A stretch of 64,000 nt of DNA from positions 14,198,001 to 14,262,000 of the forward strand of contig JAQFVV010000005.1 of NCBI GenBank assembly GCA_028023455.1, read 5' to 3'. The DNA comes from Epiperipatus broadwayi (lineage: Eukaryota; Animalia; Onychophora). Below are positions 1-14,124 of the stretch, piece by piece (within the stretch, counting starts at the first letter, position 1; the number at the start of each line of letters is the position of its first letter). Both the position numbers and the translations under genes were made by a program. The notes below the pieces were generated by a model that was given only the letters and a program-made list of their open reading frames with translations, made no database searches and was not told the origin of the DNA.

Positions 1-829
1 TTAATATTAAGTAACTAGTGATTCCAGAATGTTTTGCTTCGATTTTTTTTTCTCACTATCACTCCTGTCGTAGAAACAACTGATTGAAATGCTATATTAA
101 AAAATTATGACATTTATGACTACGGCATAACAGTTCAAAGAGATTAATAGTAGCTTATGCCTTTTTTCTTCCCATGGAAGCAATTATCAATTTACTTCCT
201 CAAAGTTAACCAGTATAATGGTATTCCAGTAGTGGCATAACTAATTTAAAGATATTTATCATAGCTTATGCATCTTTTCTCATGTTTAGAGTAACTTAAT
301 CACTTGTATACAATAAATTTATTACCATTTAAATATTAAAACAGGCAAGAAGGCATCCATTGATTACTCTAGCTTGCTGTGTGTGACAATATATATAGTG
401 AGTTTTGCCTGTTTTAACAACAGTTATACACAAGCATAAGAGGTGGTGGTCATGTGATGTTTATTCATTTAAATATTATTTAAAATGATTTTATTAAAAT
501 TATCACACCATTATAATTGTATTTGGAAGGTTCAGTACTAATTACTATGACCCAATATCTTATTAAAAGGATAAAAGCGAACAAACAAATTTTTTTTTTT
601 TTTAATGTAAAAATATATATGGAATTCAGTTGGTTTTAATTTAAAAAGAAAATCGTTTATTCCCTGGATCTAGCACTGAAAGTGGCAGAACTGAACTGCA
701 ATCCATAGATTTTAAGCTTCAAAATCTACCACTGTATTAAATCACACAAGGTGGCTTCTTTTAATGATTTAAATAATTTGTTTAAAGTTGAAACATCAGT
801 AAATTATGTAAAACCTAAAGTTTTCTTTT

Positions 830-1800
830 AAAACATTGCTGATGCTACTGAAAACCTTCCATGAACTATATGTAAACTAACCATTCAATTTATTGACATA
901 TTAACATGCAGAGGGTGACTTAAATATATTAGAGTAATTTTGGATAACTATAAGCTATTCTGAAATCACTATAATTAATCAGAGGGAATGCTTATTTAAG
1001 CTCTAAATATTACATTAATCTTCTGCTAATAAATATAAATATCAATTACGATAGCTCAAATGTAGATGTAATTAATGTGGCAGCTACTGAATACTTCCAA
1101 CAAGTTATATATAAACTAACCATCACTAAATAAAAACTAGTGGACCCACCTGTATTTTAGCTTGGATTGTATATAAGCATTCAATTTATTGATATATTAA
1201 TATGCAAAGGGGTTTTCAGTAGTTCCACATTCATTACATATATATTTGAGCTATCACAACTGATATTTATACCTACTAAATGAAAATTAATCTAATATTT
1301 AGAGGTTATTAAATATGAATCTGTCTTTTCAATTAGTTATAGTGATTTCAGAATAATTTATAGTTGCTCATATCAAATTGAATGCTCATATCCAATCCAA
1401 GTTAAAGTATAGGTGGGTTTATCCTGCACTTTTCATTTATTGATAGTTAATTTACATAAAGTTTGCTGAGGATTATCAGTAGCTTCCACATTAATTACAT
1501 CTATATTCAGCTATTGCAATTGATATTTACATCTATTAACTGAAGATTAATATTTAGAGGATGTTAAGTATGAGGCTCAGCCTTTCCCTCTAATTAGTTA
1601 TAGTGATTTCAAAATAGCTTATAGTTGTCCTGAAATTATGTTAATATATATAAATCATGCTCTGCATGTTAGTACATCAATAAATTGAGTGTTTATATAC
1701 GATCGAAGCTAAAGTACAAAAGGGTCCACTCTGTACTTTTCTTTTACTGATGGTTAGTTTTACATGTAACTACTTGAGTTATCACAATTGATATTTATTT
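830..1800. repeat. Old, diverged ~300 bp repeat present as inverted plus tandem copies
   Basis: 948-986 (ctataagctattctgaaatcactataattaatcagaggg) is the reverse complement of 1586-1624. Further + copies lie at ~1200-1375 and ~1720-1800, and a further - fragment at ~840-880. Confidence 0.65.
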
Positions 1801-1999
1801 TAATTTATAATGAAAAATATGCTTTTTCTAATCTTATCACAATGCCACTAAATCCTATCATACTATAGTTTGTCATTGGGTAGCTTTTATTTGATTTAAT
1901 ACTTCTTAGTATTCAAACCATGAACCCTATATGTTGATCAGTGATTTTTTTAAAACCTGCTTTCACTGGTGAATGAGTCCATAACTAAATGTTATATAT

Positions 2000-2700
2000 A
2001 TACATGCACATATGAAAACATTAGATGAGCAGTTCACTTACATCTTTTTTTCTCCTTGAAATTTATTCGGTGACATAATCCAAAAAAGATTTCAAACATT
2101 TCTGCAGTGATTGCTGCAGTTTTTTTTTTTATATTCAGATAATTAGGTTTATCTTCATGAATTCATGGCTCGAGATGTTTCTTTTGGTAGACTGATTATG
2201 CTGTCATTTGTTAAAGTTTCTGAAGCATTATAGTCAAAATGTTGACCTGCAGATTTTGAACTGCCATTTACATCTTGATGCTATGGATTTCTATTATGTT
2301 GTGCTTAGTTGGGTTAGAATTGAACTTGGTTTTAGTCATTAGTGTTGGTCTTCTGACCATTATCTCTTGTTGATGTTCATTTGTATTTTTCCTGGAAAGT
2401 TCTGAAAATAATTTTTATTTCAGGCTGGAAATGCTTGGCTCATCTATTATGAATGCTACTAATGGTTCAAATCCAAGCATTGTGTCAGCTGGTGATTCAT
2501 CAGAAGTTCTATTATTGTAATATGGATTACTGTAGCATATGTATGTTTTAGTTATCTCCAACTCCTTATATCATTCCTTGGTTTTCTGAATTATCTTTTT
2601 TTTTCACTATTGTTCTCAGGGTTGAATGATACAATAGCTAGTTCTTGATGTTATTCTTCTTGGGTCCTTGATCTGGCTGGATATGGAACATTAAGCTCAA
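2000..2700 (-). pseudogene. Possible highly decayed LINE (RT-region) remnant, also present in the paralogous blocks near 24.9-25.3 kb and 55.6-55.7 kb
   Basis: Broken minus-strand reading resembles the LINE ...KAPG.DGITAE.LK region (..ITAECLK). Nucleotide similarity to 24890-25280 seen by eye. Confidence 0.3.
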
Positions 2701-3652
2701 AAAGATTAAGCATGGACTAAACATTTGTAATGCAGCAATTGACATTAGAATAAATTGTATTGAAAATACTTTTGTAATTGCCATATTACTAATGAATTTA
2801 TATTTATATAAATTGACTTGGCGAAAGGAAAGCAAAAAGTAAAATTCATAATATATTATCATTATATATTAACAAAATTAGCCCAAATAAAAAGATATTT
2901 ATCTTTCACAAATTTATTTTGTGAATTATTTTTTGATTCCATTATGGAGTAGTTATTATATTATAAGTAGTTATGTACTTAATACATTACAAAACTATAA
3001 CTTAACATTATTATTATGAATAAGAGTATTTAAGAGCTTTATTATATTTTTCTGAAAATAAGGTAAGCTTTCTCTCATTTGTGGTTAATGATATTGAGGG
3101 CCTGGCACCACTATTAAAGATGGGTTTTTTTTTCTCAAAGCACTTTTGTGAAACTTGTATTGTTATAGCTTACATTTCAGAATTTGTTTTTATATATAAT
3201 GTATATCTTATTTTCACTGTGAGTTATCAGAAAATACTTAAATTCTCTCATTATATTATATATATTGTAAATAGTATTATCACATTTGTACCTCAGGCAT
3301 TCATCTTTCTCTATAAAATTTATTATACATTATTCATAAAGATATAAAATATTTTTTTATTAATAAAATATCTAGTTAAAGATGCACAATTATTTTACTT
3401 AAGAGGGAATCTTTCCAAGAGTACTTTAATATCTTGTGTCAAAATATACTTAGTAGGTCTAGAGATTCCTCATTCTGTCTATCAAGGCAATTAAAATGCA
3501 TATAGCATTTCTGAAAATAAATAATGCATGGGTCACAGAACTAGATTTAATCAATGTTCATCATAACTAATAAGAAGCAATTGAAATTCTTTGTGAGGCA
3601 CAAATATCAAGAAAATGAAATAGTCACACATAAAAAAAAAAAATTATTAATC

Positions 3653-3736
3653 GTACATAGAAATATATTTGAATTCAGTATTAATAAAATGTACATAGAA
3701 ATATATTTGAATTCAGTATTAATAAAATGTACATAG
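3653..3736 (+). repeat. Perfect 38-bp tandem duplication (2.2 copies)
   Basis: gtacatagaaatatatttgaattcagtattaataaaat starts at 3653 and 3691; a partial copy starts at 3729. Confidence 0.9.
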
Positions 3737-6700
3737 CGAATATTTATTGCAGAGCACATTAACAGATTTATCAGATTCGCCTTAATTATTACAAAACTTT
3801 TTTTTTTTTTTGATCAATTTAAGTTTGACACTTTGTTCTAAGAATTCTAACATTCTAATTTTTATTCCAAAATCTATATATCTTACTAAATAAAGAGTAT
3901 TGCACATAAATGTGTGTATATATGTGGGCATAAAACATAAGTGAGTGTGAAAATCATAATATTTAAGGTAGAATACAAACATTTAGGATTTAATTACTGA
4001 TGTCATGTCATAGTACACACTGGAGATTATAATTGACTGATCATCACAGAAAAACTTCACATTTAAATAGTACATGGAATTTTAATTACCAAATATCAAA
4101 AGTATATGATATTATAAACATAAATATACATTTGAGTAGTTCAAAAATATATTTTAAATATATATCGCAGCATAATAAATATATGAGTGCTATTAAAAAC
4201 TATTATTTCAGTTTAAAACAGTTAATGAATAAATGGTCCTAGCATAACAAGCTCTGATCTACCTTGGCCCTATATATACTTTAGGATATTCATCTTTCTC
4301 CGCAAAAAATAATATTATAAAAAAATGTTAAGGCATTGGTCTCTTCTGAAGCAAACTTTTTTTATCTCAAAAAAAAAAAAAAAGTGATTCCCATAGGAAC
4401 CACTGAATATAAAGTTTCATATGCAAAAAAAGTAAGAGAAGAATAAGAGAATATATTTCTCATAACAAATATAATTATCAAAAATGGCAAACGGGAACAA
4501 AAAAAAAATCATTATAAGACATATTAATCTCCACATTTCTTAGATTTATAAGTTATAATTCGGATGTAGAAAAAGTATTGAAAATTTTGTGAATAATGGA
4601 TAGGAATTTTGTTGGAATGATTAGAAGAGAAATTATGGATCAGAATTTGGATTAAACTGAAACAGGACATTGTTTATTGAAACTCTTCCAATAAACTTAG
4701 TCATTTCTCCAAAATCATCAAATACTCTACAGTTTGATAAATTTATGCAGTGATTGTACCACAGGCAAGCATAACAAGATGAATAAATCATGAGAATAAT
4801 ACCACATTTCATAACTGGATAAAGGCAGCCAGTTATGGGTGTCTTTTGAAGAATGTCATACTTAATCTCAGTTATTAGAAAAAGTATAAACATATTTCTA
4901 ATGATTTATTTCATTGATTGTTTGAGAAACAACTGTTTTGATATCAAGGTGTTACAAATATTAATTAATGGACTTGATTCATTATTTCTACAAAGTAACG
5001 AAACATAAACATATTAAAATAAACAATCATTTCTTGAAATGCAATTTGGAATTATAATTTCATATGGTTTGTTTTTCTCTTATGATATTCTCAGTTATGT
5101 CTTCTTATGCTGGAGTTACATAATCCGTATTTCACAGCATGTTGCTATGTAATGCAAAACTGGAACAATCCATTTTACTATAACATCCATGCCATTTATA
5201 TATATATATGTTGTGATGATTATTTGGTATTTCTAAAATAATAATAAACATAACTTACACTTTTATTAGGTTATTACAAAAATATCTTAAATTTACTATA
5301 ACAAATTATATATAAAAAATCCAAGCTGCCCTCCCCCCCGTATTTTTATAGTGTTTGAATTCTTGTAACAATTTTAGAAAAATTATGGTTTTCTATTTAG
5401 TTTTCAAAACAGCACAAATAACTTTAAAAAGAAAAAAAGGAGGCAATATACTAATAAAATACATAAGATTGTATACATGTGGATAAATGAGTTAAAATAG
5501 GATCAATAAAGCAATATTTATATTAGTATATACATAATGACAAAACTATTTACAGTAGTGACAAACTTTTAATACAATAATTAAATGTGAATGTGTGTGT
5601 ATATTTAAATATAAAAGAATACTATTTTAAAATATTTAGGTAAAATTTTTAATAAAATCTCAATTATTGTGAGAACATTAAATAAAATAAAAATAATTTA
5701 TTTTAATATTTGTAATATAAATATGTGTTCTAACATTCTGATTTATATTTTAATTTTATTAAAGTACAATATTTTATCTAAATATGTTTTAAAATGTTAT
5801 GTCCATGCCTTTCAACTGTCCTAATGAATAATCAAAATATTTGAAAAATATTCATCATGATAAAATGCATGAAAAAAATTAAATTTAAAGATATTTTGAA
5901 ATGGAAAATTATAAGCTATTTTACCAATGCTAGTACATGCCTGCATTTTGAATATTTGTTTTAACCCAGATTTAAAAATTAATGGAATTATTCTTTGTAA
6001 ATAATTTTCTTAGAAATGCTAAAATTAGCAAATTTCACTTTTCAAAAAATTGCTAATTATCCACTCTACACCTATACAAATGAAGAAAAACTTATTGTGA
6101 TTTTCTTAAAGTTTACCATATAAATAGATTGATTCAAAAGATAAAATTTCTTAATCAATTATTGTTCTACCAGATATAATTCTCCATCCTCTGATTTTAT
6201 AATTAAAGTGCCAAAGGTTTTCAATCTTTTTTTTTAAAAAAAAACATTCTAAAAGATTTCACCGAGATAAAAATAAATGGAACTCTTAAAGACTAAATGA
6301 ATTTTAGGTTATAAAGACTATTTGTTTTTACCTATTATTTATGGTTGCTTTGTTGAAATAAACTTCTTACAAGAGAAAAGCTCAAGTAAACAAAAGAAGA
6401 GATTTTATAGATAATGCAATTTAAATTATATATATCATTATAATTTCAATATCATGTCTTAATACATGTGTAATTTGTTTTGCTGATAGATTAATTAATA
6501 TCAATATGTTTTATTGGTTTCTAAATTCATCTATGCTGTTACTATTAGAGGCCATAAGGTATTTAAAGAGTAAGGATCACATAGTTTGAAATATTTTATA
6601 AGAATTCTTTTGTTTATCAATATAGATACATTATTGATTGTTTGAAAATTTATATAATTAATTACTTTTGTAGCAGTAAGATTGATGTATAAATAATGTT

Positions 6701-8555
6701 TAGTAGAGGAAAGCTTCTAGCAATATACATTATAGTCTTTTATTAATAAATATTAGCTTTGATAAGCATCTTATGCAATAAAAATTTATTTTCAAGTGAA
6801 TTACTTCAATTCAAAAATCCACTTGATATTCTAACTTATATTTATAAAAATGATTTGACTGTTTTGTTCAAAATTTGAGCATATTAACAATATTACTAAC
6901 TCTTCCTATAAGTGTAGCTAGTGGAGAGAGATCATTTTCAACATTATAAATTAGCTACTGTAGGATAATCCTGGACACCAAGATTAGCAGCCATGTTTTT
7001 TAATTATATCTTTTCAGTGGCATAGTTATCCTGTAACCCTGATGAATATATTTTATTTGTTAATATTAAAAAATATTTAATAAATTGATTATAAATTCCT
7101 CACTAACTCTAAAATAGCAATAAATTGATTATAAATTCCTTTCACAGAAATAACACAAAACTACAACAATAAATTTTAAATAAAATTTAATAATTTAAGT
7201 TAAAAACACCTGTATGAGGATTTTCAAGAAATTATATCTGCAATTCACTTTATAATGTTCAATGCCTTCCAATTATCAGAATAAATCATAGATCTATTGA
7301 CCACATTTTTTTAATAGCATCAATAAGAATAGTAGCTATTCTCACTGAAACAGTTATTATAAAGCACTTGCTGATTTCTTTGCACAAGCCACTGAATAAC
7401 CACTGCTATGGAAGTATTCTCCTCTGTTAGGTTTTTCACTTGCTTAGAAAACTTTAGCATTTATTTGTGATATGATATCAAAAAAAAAAAAAGTAATTAA
7501 TTACATGTTGTGAATGGAATTTATATTACATTAATTGCTATTTTTTAAAGTTAACCAGAATTTATAATCAATTTATTGATAATTTTTAAAATTAACTAGT
7601 AAAACATATTTGTTATAGTTATGCCATTGAAAATATATAATAAAAACATAGCTGCCAACCTTGGTGTTTGGGATTATCCCAAAGTATCAAAAAGTTATTA
7701 TAAAAAGATCAGCTAGTAAATTTGTCAGTGATAAAGCTATAGAGAATGATGTATGCAATACTCTTTAAGTGTTGATGAAAATGTATCTAAATTTAGTACT
7801 GTAAAAGCTATGAAAGTAAATTCATAATTATGTAATAGTAAATTTTTTCATTGTTATCTTTAATAAAACATTAAAATGTTTATAAAATCACATAAATTTT
7901 GTTTTATTTTTTTTGAGGGGAGGCACCAATTACTATTTTGCATAAGAGCACTGACAACCCTTCCTCCAGCCCTGCTCAAAACATATGAAATATTTAATGT
8001 GTAAATCTTTATATATTACATAATATTAATGTTTAAATCATCATTGGCAAGATTAAAAATAAAATAAAAATTCATACTTGCCAAGCACAAATGTCAGGTT
8101 AAAAAGTATTTAGAAATAAATTTCTGATTGTTTGAAAATTCATTGCCTCTAGCAAACGCATTACAGATTAAGACTTTAGATAAAAGGAGGAAAAAGATAA
8201 AGACTATTTTTTGCCTTTAAAATATATTGTGATATACTGTAGCCAAAGGGCATTTCAATTATATATAGACAATTGCTATGAGTTAATCTTAAAATATTAC
8301 ATGAATTATTTGTTACTATAAATTCTTATAAATGTATTTCACTATATTTGATAGGACATTTTTTTAATTGAGAATACTTTAACACGTTTTCATATATAAC
8401 AGAACTTGTTGAAAGTTATCTTCAAGTTCATTTTAGTTTATTTCATCTATATCAATTGCAGAATTCTTTACACAAATTTAAAAAGAGCATTTCCAATAAG
8501 TAAATGTAATATTATAAATGATAGACTGTGATCAAAATAAATGATGATTTAATGC

Positions 8556-8580
8556 TTGTTTTTTTTCTTTTTTGTTTAGG
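8556..8580 (+). promoter_or_regulatory. 3' splice acceptor (polypyrimidine tract + AG) opening the terminal exon of ZNF paralog 1
   Basis: ttttttttcttttttgtttAG|G at 8578-8580. A homologous acceptor with similar downstream sequence occurs at 27778-27780 in paralog 2. Confidence 0.6.
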
Positions 8581-8839
8581 TGACAGGGAAATTTAAATGG
8601 AAAACTTCAGTTCTAAAGGACTTCAGCTATGATTATTATTATTATTATTATTAATACATTAAAATACAATAATTTTTATAGGAAGTAAAACTTGCTATTT
8701 ATTAACTACTTCTAAAATATTTGTAAGATTGAAAAATTGCTGAAGAAATTGCTTTTGCAGTACTAAAATAAGTTCATGTAAAATGATTTATCTATCTATT
8801 GAATATTTTTTAAATGAATAAAAATGTTTATTCATGGGA

Positions 8840-9130
8840 AAATTTTATAATGTAGCTAGTGCAATGTTATTATCGATTGCAAAATGTCATTTAAAACACA
8901 TTGCAAGAAATCTTGTAGAAAAGCCTTTCTAATGTTATTTATATAATTTAAACACCACATTAAGAAATTATTTGAACATGTACAAAAAATATATATGGGA
9001 AACCAGTTTCCAATGCTCTCTGTTTATAACAAAGGCTTTTCTCAAAAAAAAAACTGAAAAAAAAAGTATTACATTTATGAAATGAATTGTTTTGGAGAAA
9101 AAACCTTCTCAGTGAATCATCTACAATTAC
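8840..9130 (+). pseudogene. Decayed C2H2 finger repeats upstream of the ZNF1 start codon
   Basis: Broken frames read KCHLKHIARNLVEKPF*CYLYN and ..MGKPVSNALC.., which resemble fingers of the downstream ORF (e.g. AITKCRLKQHEITHGEKLFQC). Confidence 0.55.
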
Positions 9131-10618
9131 ATGGCTGCTCCTAAAGAATTTATACATGAAATAAATCCTATTGGAGAAAAGTCTTTTCAATGTTCCTTGT
9201 GTAATTACAAAACTACTAAAAAATATTATTTAAAAATACATGAAAGAATTCATATTGGAAAAAAGATCTTCAAATGTTTTTTGTGTGATTACAAGACTAT
9301 AATAAAAGATAGTTTAAAAGTACATAAATTAACTCATAAAGGAGAAACATCATTCCAGTGCACCTTGTGTAATTTCAAGACAACCAGAAAAGCTTGTTTA
9401 AAATCACATGAAATAATTCATACAGGTAAAAAACCATTTCATTGTTCTTTATGTGATTACAAAACTGCTAAAAAGACCTATTTAAAGATACATGAAAGAC
9501 TTCATACTGGTGAAAAGCCATTTCAATGTTCTATATGTGATTACAAGGCTATTACAAAATGTCGTTTAAAACAACATGAAATAACTCATGGAGAAAAATT
9601 ATTTCAGTGCACCACATGTGATTTCAAGACAGGCAGAAAATATAGTTTAAAGTTACATGAAATGTGTCATACAGGGAAAAAACCATTTCATTGTACCATA
9701 TGCAATTACAACACTACTGCAAAGTATAAGTTAAAAATACATGAATTGAATCATACAGGAGAGAAGCCTTTCCAATGTATGTTATGTGATTTCAAAACAA
9801 CTAGAAAAGACAATTTAAAATTACATGAAGTAACTCATACAGGAGAAAAACCTTTTCGGTGTAATTTATGTGATTACAAGGCAGCTGTAAAATATATGTT
9901 AAAAAGACATAAAATGAATCATACTGGGCAAAAACCTTTCCAATGTATCCTGTGTGATTTCAAAACAGTCACAAAAGATAATTTAAAAGTTCATGAAATA
10001 AGTCATATAGGAAAAAAACCTTTTCAGTGCAACTGTTGCAATTATAACACAACAATAAAAAATGATTTAAAATTACATGAACGACTCCATACTGGAAAAC
10101 TCTTCCAATGCACTTTGTGTGATTTCAAGACAGATGGAAAAGAAAATTTAAAAAGACATCAAGTGATTCATTCAGGCAAAAAGCCTTCTCGGTGTGTCAT
10201 ACATAATTATAAAACTGCTATAAAAAATCATTTAAAATTTCATAAAGTAAGTCGTATTGATGTAAAATTTTTTCAGTACAGCATGTGCAACTACAGTTAT
10301 GCTCAAAAAGCTGTTCTAGAAAGAGAAGAAAAAATTCATTTGAGGGAAAATGTACTCCGGTGCAATTTATGTAATTATAAAACTATGTTTAGAGATAGTC
10401 TGATGAAACATAAACATAATAGTGATATGAATCATTCTCCATTACACTTACATATTAATAAAACAAAAAAATCCAACTATCACTGTAAGGAGAATATTGA
10501 AATGCTTAAATGTTGTTTGTGTGATTACAAAGTTCCTGAAAAAAGTATTTTGGACAATCATGAAGCAAATCATTTTTCTCATCATGAGACTATTGAGTTT
10601 CTTATACAATTCTGTTAA
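9131..10618 (+). CDS. C2H2 zinc-finger array protein, 495 aa: 12 tandem canonical fingers, 3 degenerate fingers and 1 terminal finger
   Basis: Intact ORF with repeated F-x-C-x2-C-x-Y/F-K-T-x5-L-x2-H-x3-H motifs and TGEKP-like linkers. No KRAB, ZAD or BTB domain is visible in this exon. Confidence 0.92.
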   Translation: MAAPKEFIHEINPIGEKSFQCSLCNYKTTKKYYLKIHERIHIGKKIFKCFLCDYKTIIKDSLKVHKLTHKGETSFQCTLCNFKTTRKACLKSHEIIHTGKKPFHCSLCDYKTAKKTYLKIHERLHTGEKPFQCSICDYKAITKCRLKQHEITHGEKLFQCTTCDFKTGRKYSLKLHEMCHTGKKPFHCTICNYNTTAKYKLKIHELNHTGEKPFQCMLCDFKTTRKDNLKLHEVTHTGEKPFRCNLCDYKAAVKYMLKRHKMNHTGQKPFQCILCDFKTVTKDNLKVHEISHIGKKPFQCNCCNYNTTIKNDLKLHERLHTGKLFQCTLCDFKTDGKENLKRHQVIHSGKKPSRCVIHNYKTAIKNHLKFHKVSRIDVKFFQYSMCNYSYAQKAVLEREEKIHLRENVLRCNLCNYKTMFRDSLMKHKHNSDMNHSPLHLHINKTKKSNYHCKENIEMLKCCLCDYKVPEKSILDNHEANHFSHHETIEFLIQFC

Positions 10619-13129
10619 TTTCAATAACAATATCTATTTAATAAATAAAATTTCAAATATTTTGAAACGAGTCTTAAAAGACAGTCATAAAACAACTTAC
10701 TTATTAAAATGATAGATTATTCTGGAATTGTTTAGTCTTTATTAAAGGCAAAAAAAAAAAAAATTGCATTAAAAATGTATTCTTCATTTTTGTGATATTG
10801 ATTGGAATTTATCTGAAAGATCTAATGACTAGAAATAAAGTTCAGAGTATAAGATTAAACAAAATCAGGTGGAAATGGGAAATAAGCAGAGGATCTATTG
10901 ATTATAATTTTTAGGATGATTTTGTAAGAAGTTTTAAATGAAAGTTACTATATTTGCTATGTTTAACTAAAATTACATATTTTTTTAATATTGATAATAG
11001 AAAATTTTTTTGTTGTAATAAATAAATAAATATTTAATAACTTCCTGGAATCGAATTTATCTTTCTTGTAGTAATTAAAACTCATTATATATTACAGAAT
11101 AGTTATTGCCCTCCATTATAATACTAGACTTTGAATTTTGGAAATCAAGTATTAGTAGACATTATCAAAAGAAATAACAAATATTATATAATTGGCAATT
11201 GTAATTTTGGAGTCTTTTTTTTTTTTCAATACTGATTATAACATATACCATGGTAAATGCAGTTTTAGCGAATAATTATTTTTTTTAAATAATTAAAATC
11301 TATTTATAGATTCTCTCAATAAATTTAAAAGTACAAGAAAAATACCTTTTTACAATAGCTTCATTATTTAAATATTTTATTAATTTTGAAATATATGTAC
11401 ATTAAACAAATAAAAATATACAGTGATTAAATTATTATTTACACATATTTTAAAATAAAATTAAACAATTTCAATAAATATTCATAAATTAAAAAGCATA
11501 ATTTTATTAAGCTATCTAATTACTTTTGTGTATCTTATTACAATAACATTATTGAATTCCTGATCAATGCTATTATAAATCTTTTTTAAAAAATTCCAAT
11601 AAAGCCTCAATCCATTGTACTCACAAATTTTGCTTTAGGTTTGCTTTTACAGTTAATTCACAACTTTTTTTTCTCTGATTTTTCCTCAAATTGTCATTTC
11701 ATTTCATAGATTGCATTTTTTTTTTCTGCATATGCTGTAAGTACACTGCTTTTAATCATTTTTTAGGGACTAGGTAAATGTCAAGAATAATGCTTCATCA
11801 AAAATACTTATGATTGCGAGTCTCTTTTAATTCATTAGAGTGAAATTATATTTTATTCCTGTTATTGTTTCATTGTTGTTATAATACAGGGTTTATTTTA
11901 TTAAATAAAATAAAATAATTAATTGAAGTTGTCTTGAAACGCCAATGTGAGTTTGAAAATTAATATTTCATTCAATATGATAGCCATTTTCTCAAGATGT
12001 GTTCCATTTATATTACAAAATGAAAAATATTTGATTAATTTTTGAAAAAAAAAAGTGATATGAATCTGGTTGGAATTCCAATTGTGATTCATGATTCAGG
12101 AAAAAGTAAAAAAAGTAAGAGAAAATTTGTAATAATATTATTTATGTTATTGAATCTGCTGAAATTGTAACCATAATGCTTAGTGAAAATTGTTAAATTT
12201 GTGAATGGAATGCATCAACAGAAAATGTTGGGTCTACCAAAAATTACTGACAGAAAGACCGGCTGTTTGCAAAATCAGAATATGGTCTGAAGTTAAAAAT
12301 GTGATCTAGGAATTGTATACTCTGCATTTCATTGGCAATTTAGTCTAAGTTTTATTTTTTTAAATGAGAGAATAATTGAATGTACACATTGACATATGAA
12401 CTTACTTAAATATAATTCTAATATGTGTGAATGTGCTCTTAATTTATTCCTCCATTTTCTTTTTCACAAATGTATTATTCTAATTTTTTGCTGATATATT
12501 TTTGTTGTACTAATATCACAACTGTTTCATTTCTTTTCGATAAATGAAACAAATAACAATTTGATACATGGATAATTTAGTATTATTATTATAATAAATT
12601 ACTCTTTTAACTTGTTGAATATTTATTGGAGCCTCAGCAGAATCTCAATATTCAATTCACCTTATTAATTTAAAATGCTATCAGAATGTTTAAAGTTATT
12701 CACATTCTCAAGCTGATATTTATTCCAGATAAAAGTTATAGTGTTTGTAAAAATGGTAGACATTTTTGTGCACTCCAGAAAAACTAGAATTTATTCGTAC
12801 GGCTGTTTTTAGATCGCGCTCTGATAGCTGAGGAATTTAATTAGTGCATTGACGTGATTCCTAGAAATATTTGCTGATTACAAATATTTCTAGATAAGAG
12901 GCGTTACTCTATTGGTCAGTGCATTGATTGATTGTTGCAGTTATCAGAGAGCGATAGGAACACTGGGTAATAACTAGGCAGTGTAATATAGAGAGCAGCC
13001 ACGCAATTGAGTAAGCAGTTTTAAGTAGAGATATCTCGCATTAGTGCTGGCGGTTAATGATCAGCGCCCAGTGGAAATGTAGTTCACGGGTGTAGCTGAA
13101 AGAGACCACAGCGGAGATATTGAGACAAT

Positions 13130-13345
13130 TCGTTGGAGAGTTTCATTGCAGACCAATGCGTTGGTGAGCTTCGTTGCAGACCAATTCGTTTGGAGAGCAT
13201 TCGTGGCAGACCAATTCATGGAGAGCATTCGATGCAGACCAATTCAGCGGAGAGATTGCAGACCATTTCGTTTGGAGAGCATCCGCTTGCAGACCATTCA
13301 TTGGAGAGCAGTCGGTGCAGACCATTCGTTGGAGAGCATATGCAG
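13130..13345 (+). repeat. ~28-31 bp minisatellite (GCAGACCAATTCGTTGGAGAGCATTCG-like, ~7-8 units) inside LTR1
   Basis: Repeated gcagacca...tggagagc units; an equivalent array is present in LTR2. Confidence 0.85.
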
Positions 13346-13432
13346 TTGAACATTAGCGAACATTATTGGATAGCCGCACAGTATGACTGGCAGATTATAG
13401 CAGTGGCATAGTCGGAAGTGCGGATAGAACAT

Positions 13433-13443
13433 TGGCGCAGTCG
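13433..13443 (+). promoter_or_regulatory. Primer-binding site TGGCGCAGTCG (tRNA-Ser-type, as used by many Ty3/gypsy elements)
   Basis: Lies 1 nt after the CA end of LTR1 and begins with TGG, the complement of tRNA CCA. The tRNA identity is from recall and was not searched. Confidence 0.75.
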
Positions 13444-13705
13444 CATTTGGAACCTGGGAGTAGCGAATACGTTGAACTATAAGTTTAGCCGTAGATGGAG
13501 AAACCGGGTGAAAATGACAATCCCAATTAGTAACGTTAACATCGGTGAAAGTTTGGAAATAAAACATTTGTGCAGTTAACATCGGAAGCTAACGTAATTG
13601 GAAAAAAAAAGTTTCAGCAGCTGTTAAATCGCATATTTCTGAGTGAAATAACAGGAAAGTAGCGAGAGAAAAACAACACCAAGGAATAGCAACAAGGGTT
13701 TTTCT

Positions 13706-13721
13706 GGAGTGGAGGGAGGAG
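13706..13721 (+). promoter_or_regulatory. Polypurine tract GGAGTGGAGGGAGGAG
   Basis: Directly abuts the TG start of LTR2. Confidence 0.85.
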
Positions 13722-14124
13722 TGTAGTGTTTGTAAAAATGGTAGACATTTTTGTGCACTCCAGAAAAACTAGAATTTATTCGTAAGGCTGTTTTTAGATC
13801 GCGCTCTGATAGCTGAGGAATTTAATTAGTGCATTGACGTGATGGCGATCGACAATTCCTAGAAATATTTGCTGATTACAAATATTTCTAGATAAGGTGT
13901 TACTCTATTGGTCAGTGCATTGATTGATTGTTGCAGTTATCAGAGAGCGATAGGAGCACTGGGTAATAACTAGGCAGTATAATATAGAGAGCAGTCACGC
14001 AATTGAGTAAGCAGTTTTAAGTAAAGATATCTCGCATTAGTGCTGGCGGTTAATGATCAGCGCCCAGTGGAAATGTAGTTCACGGGTGTATCTGAAAGAG
14101 ACCACAGCGGAGATATTGAGACAA

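Noticed and set aside
3055-3070. Splice donor AAG|GTAAGC as an upstream ZNF1 exon end
   Set aside because: A good consensus, but no matching donor was found in unit 2 and there is no transcript evidence.
8960-10712. Antisense and overlapping short ORFs around ZNF1; similarly 28609-28884 and the antisense ORFs within the LINEs
   Set aside because: Shadow ORFs of repetitive or compositionally biased coding strands.
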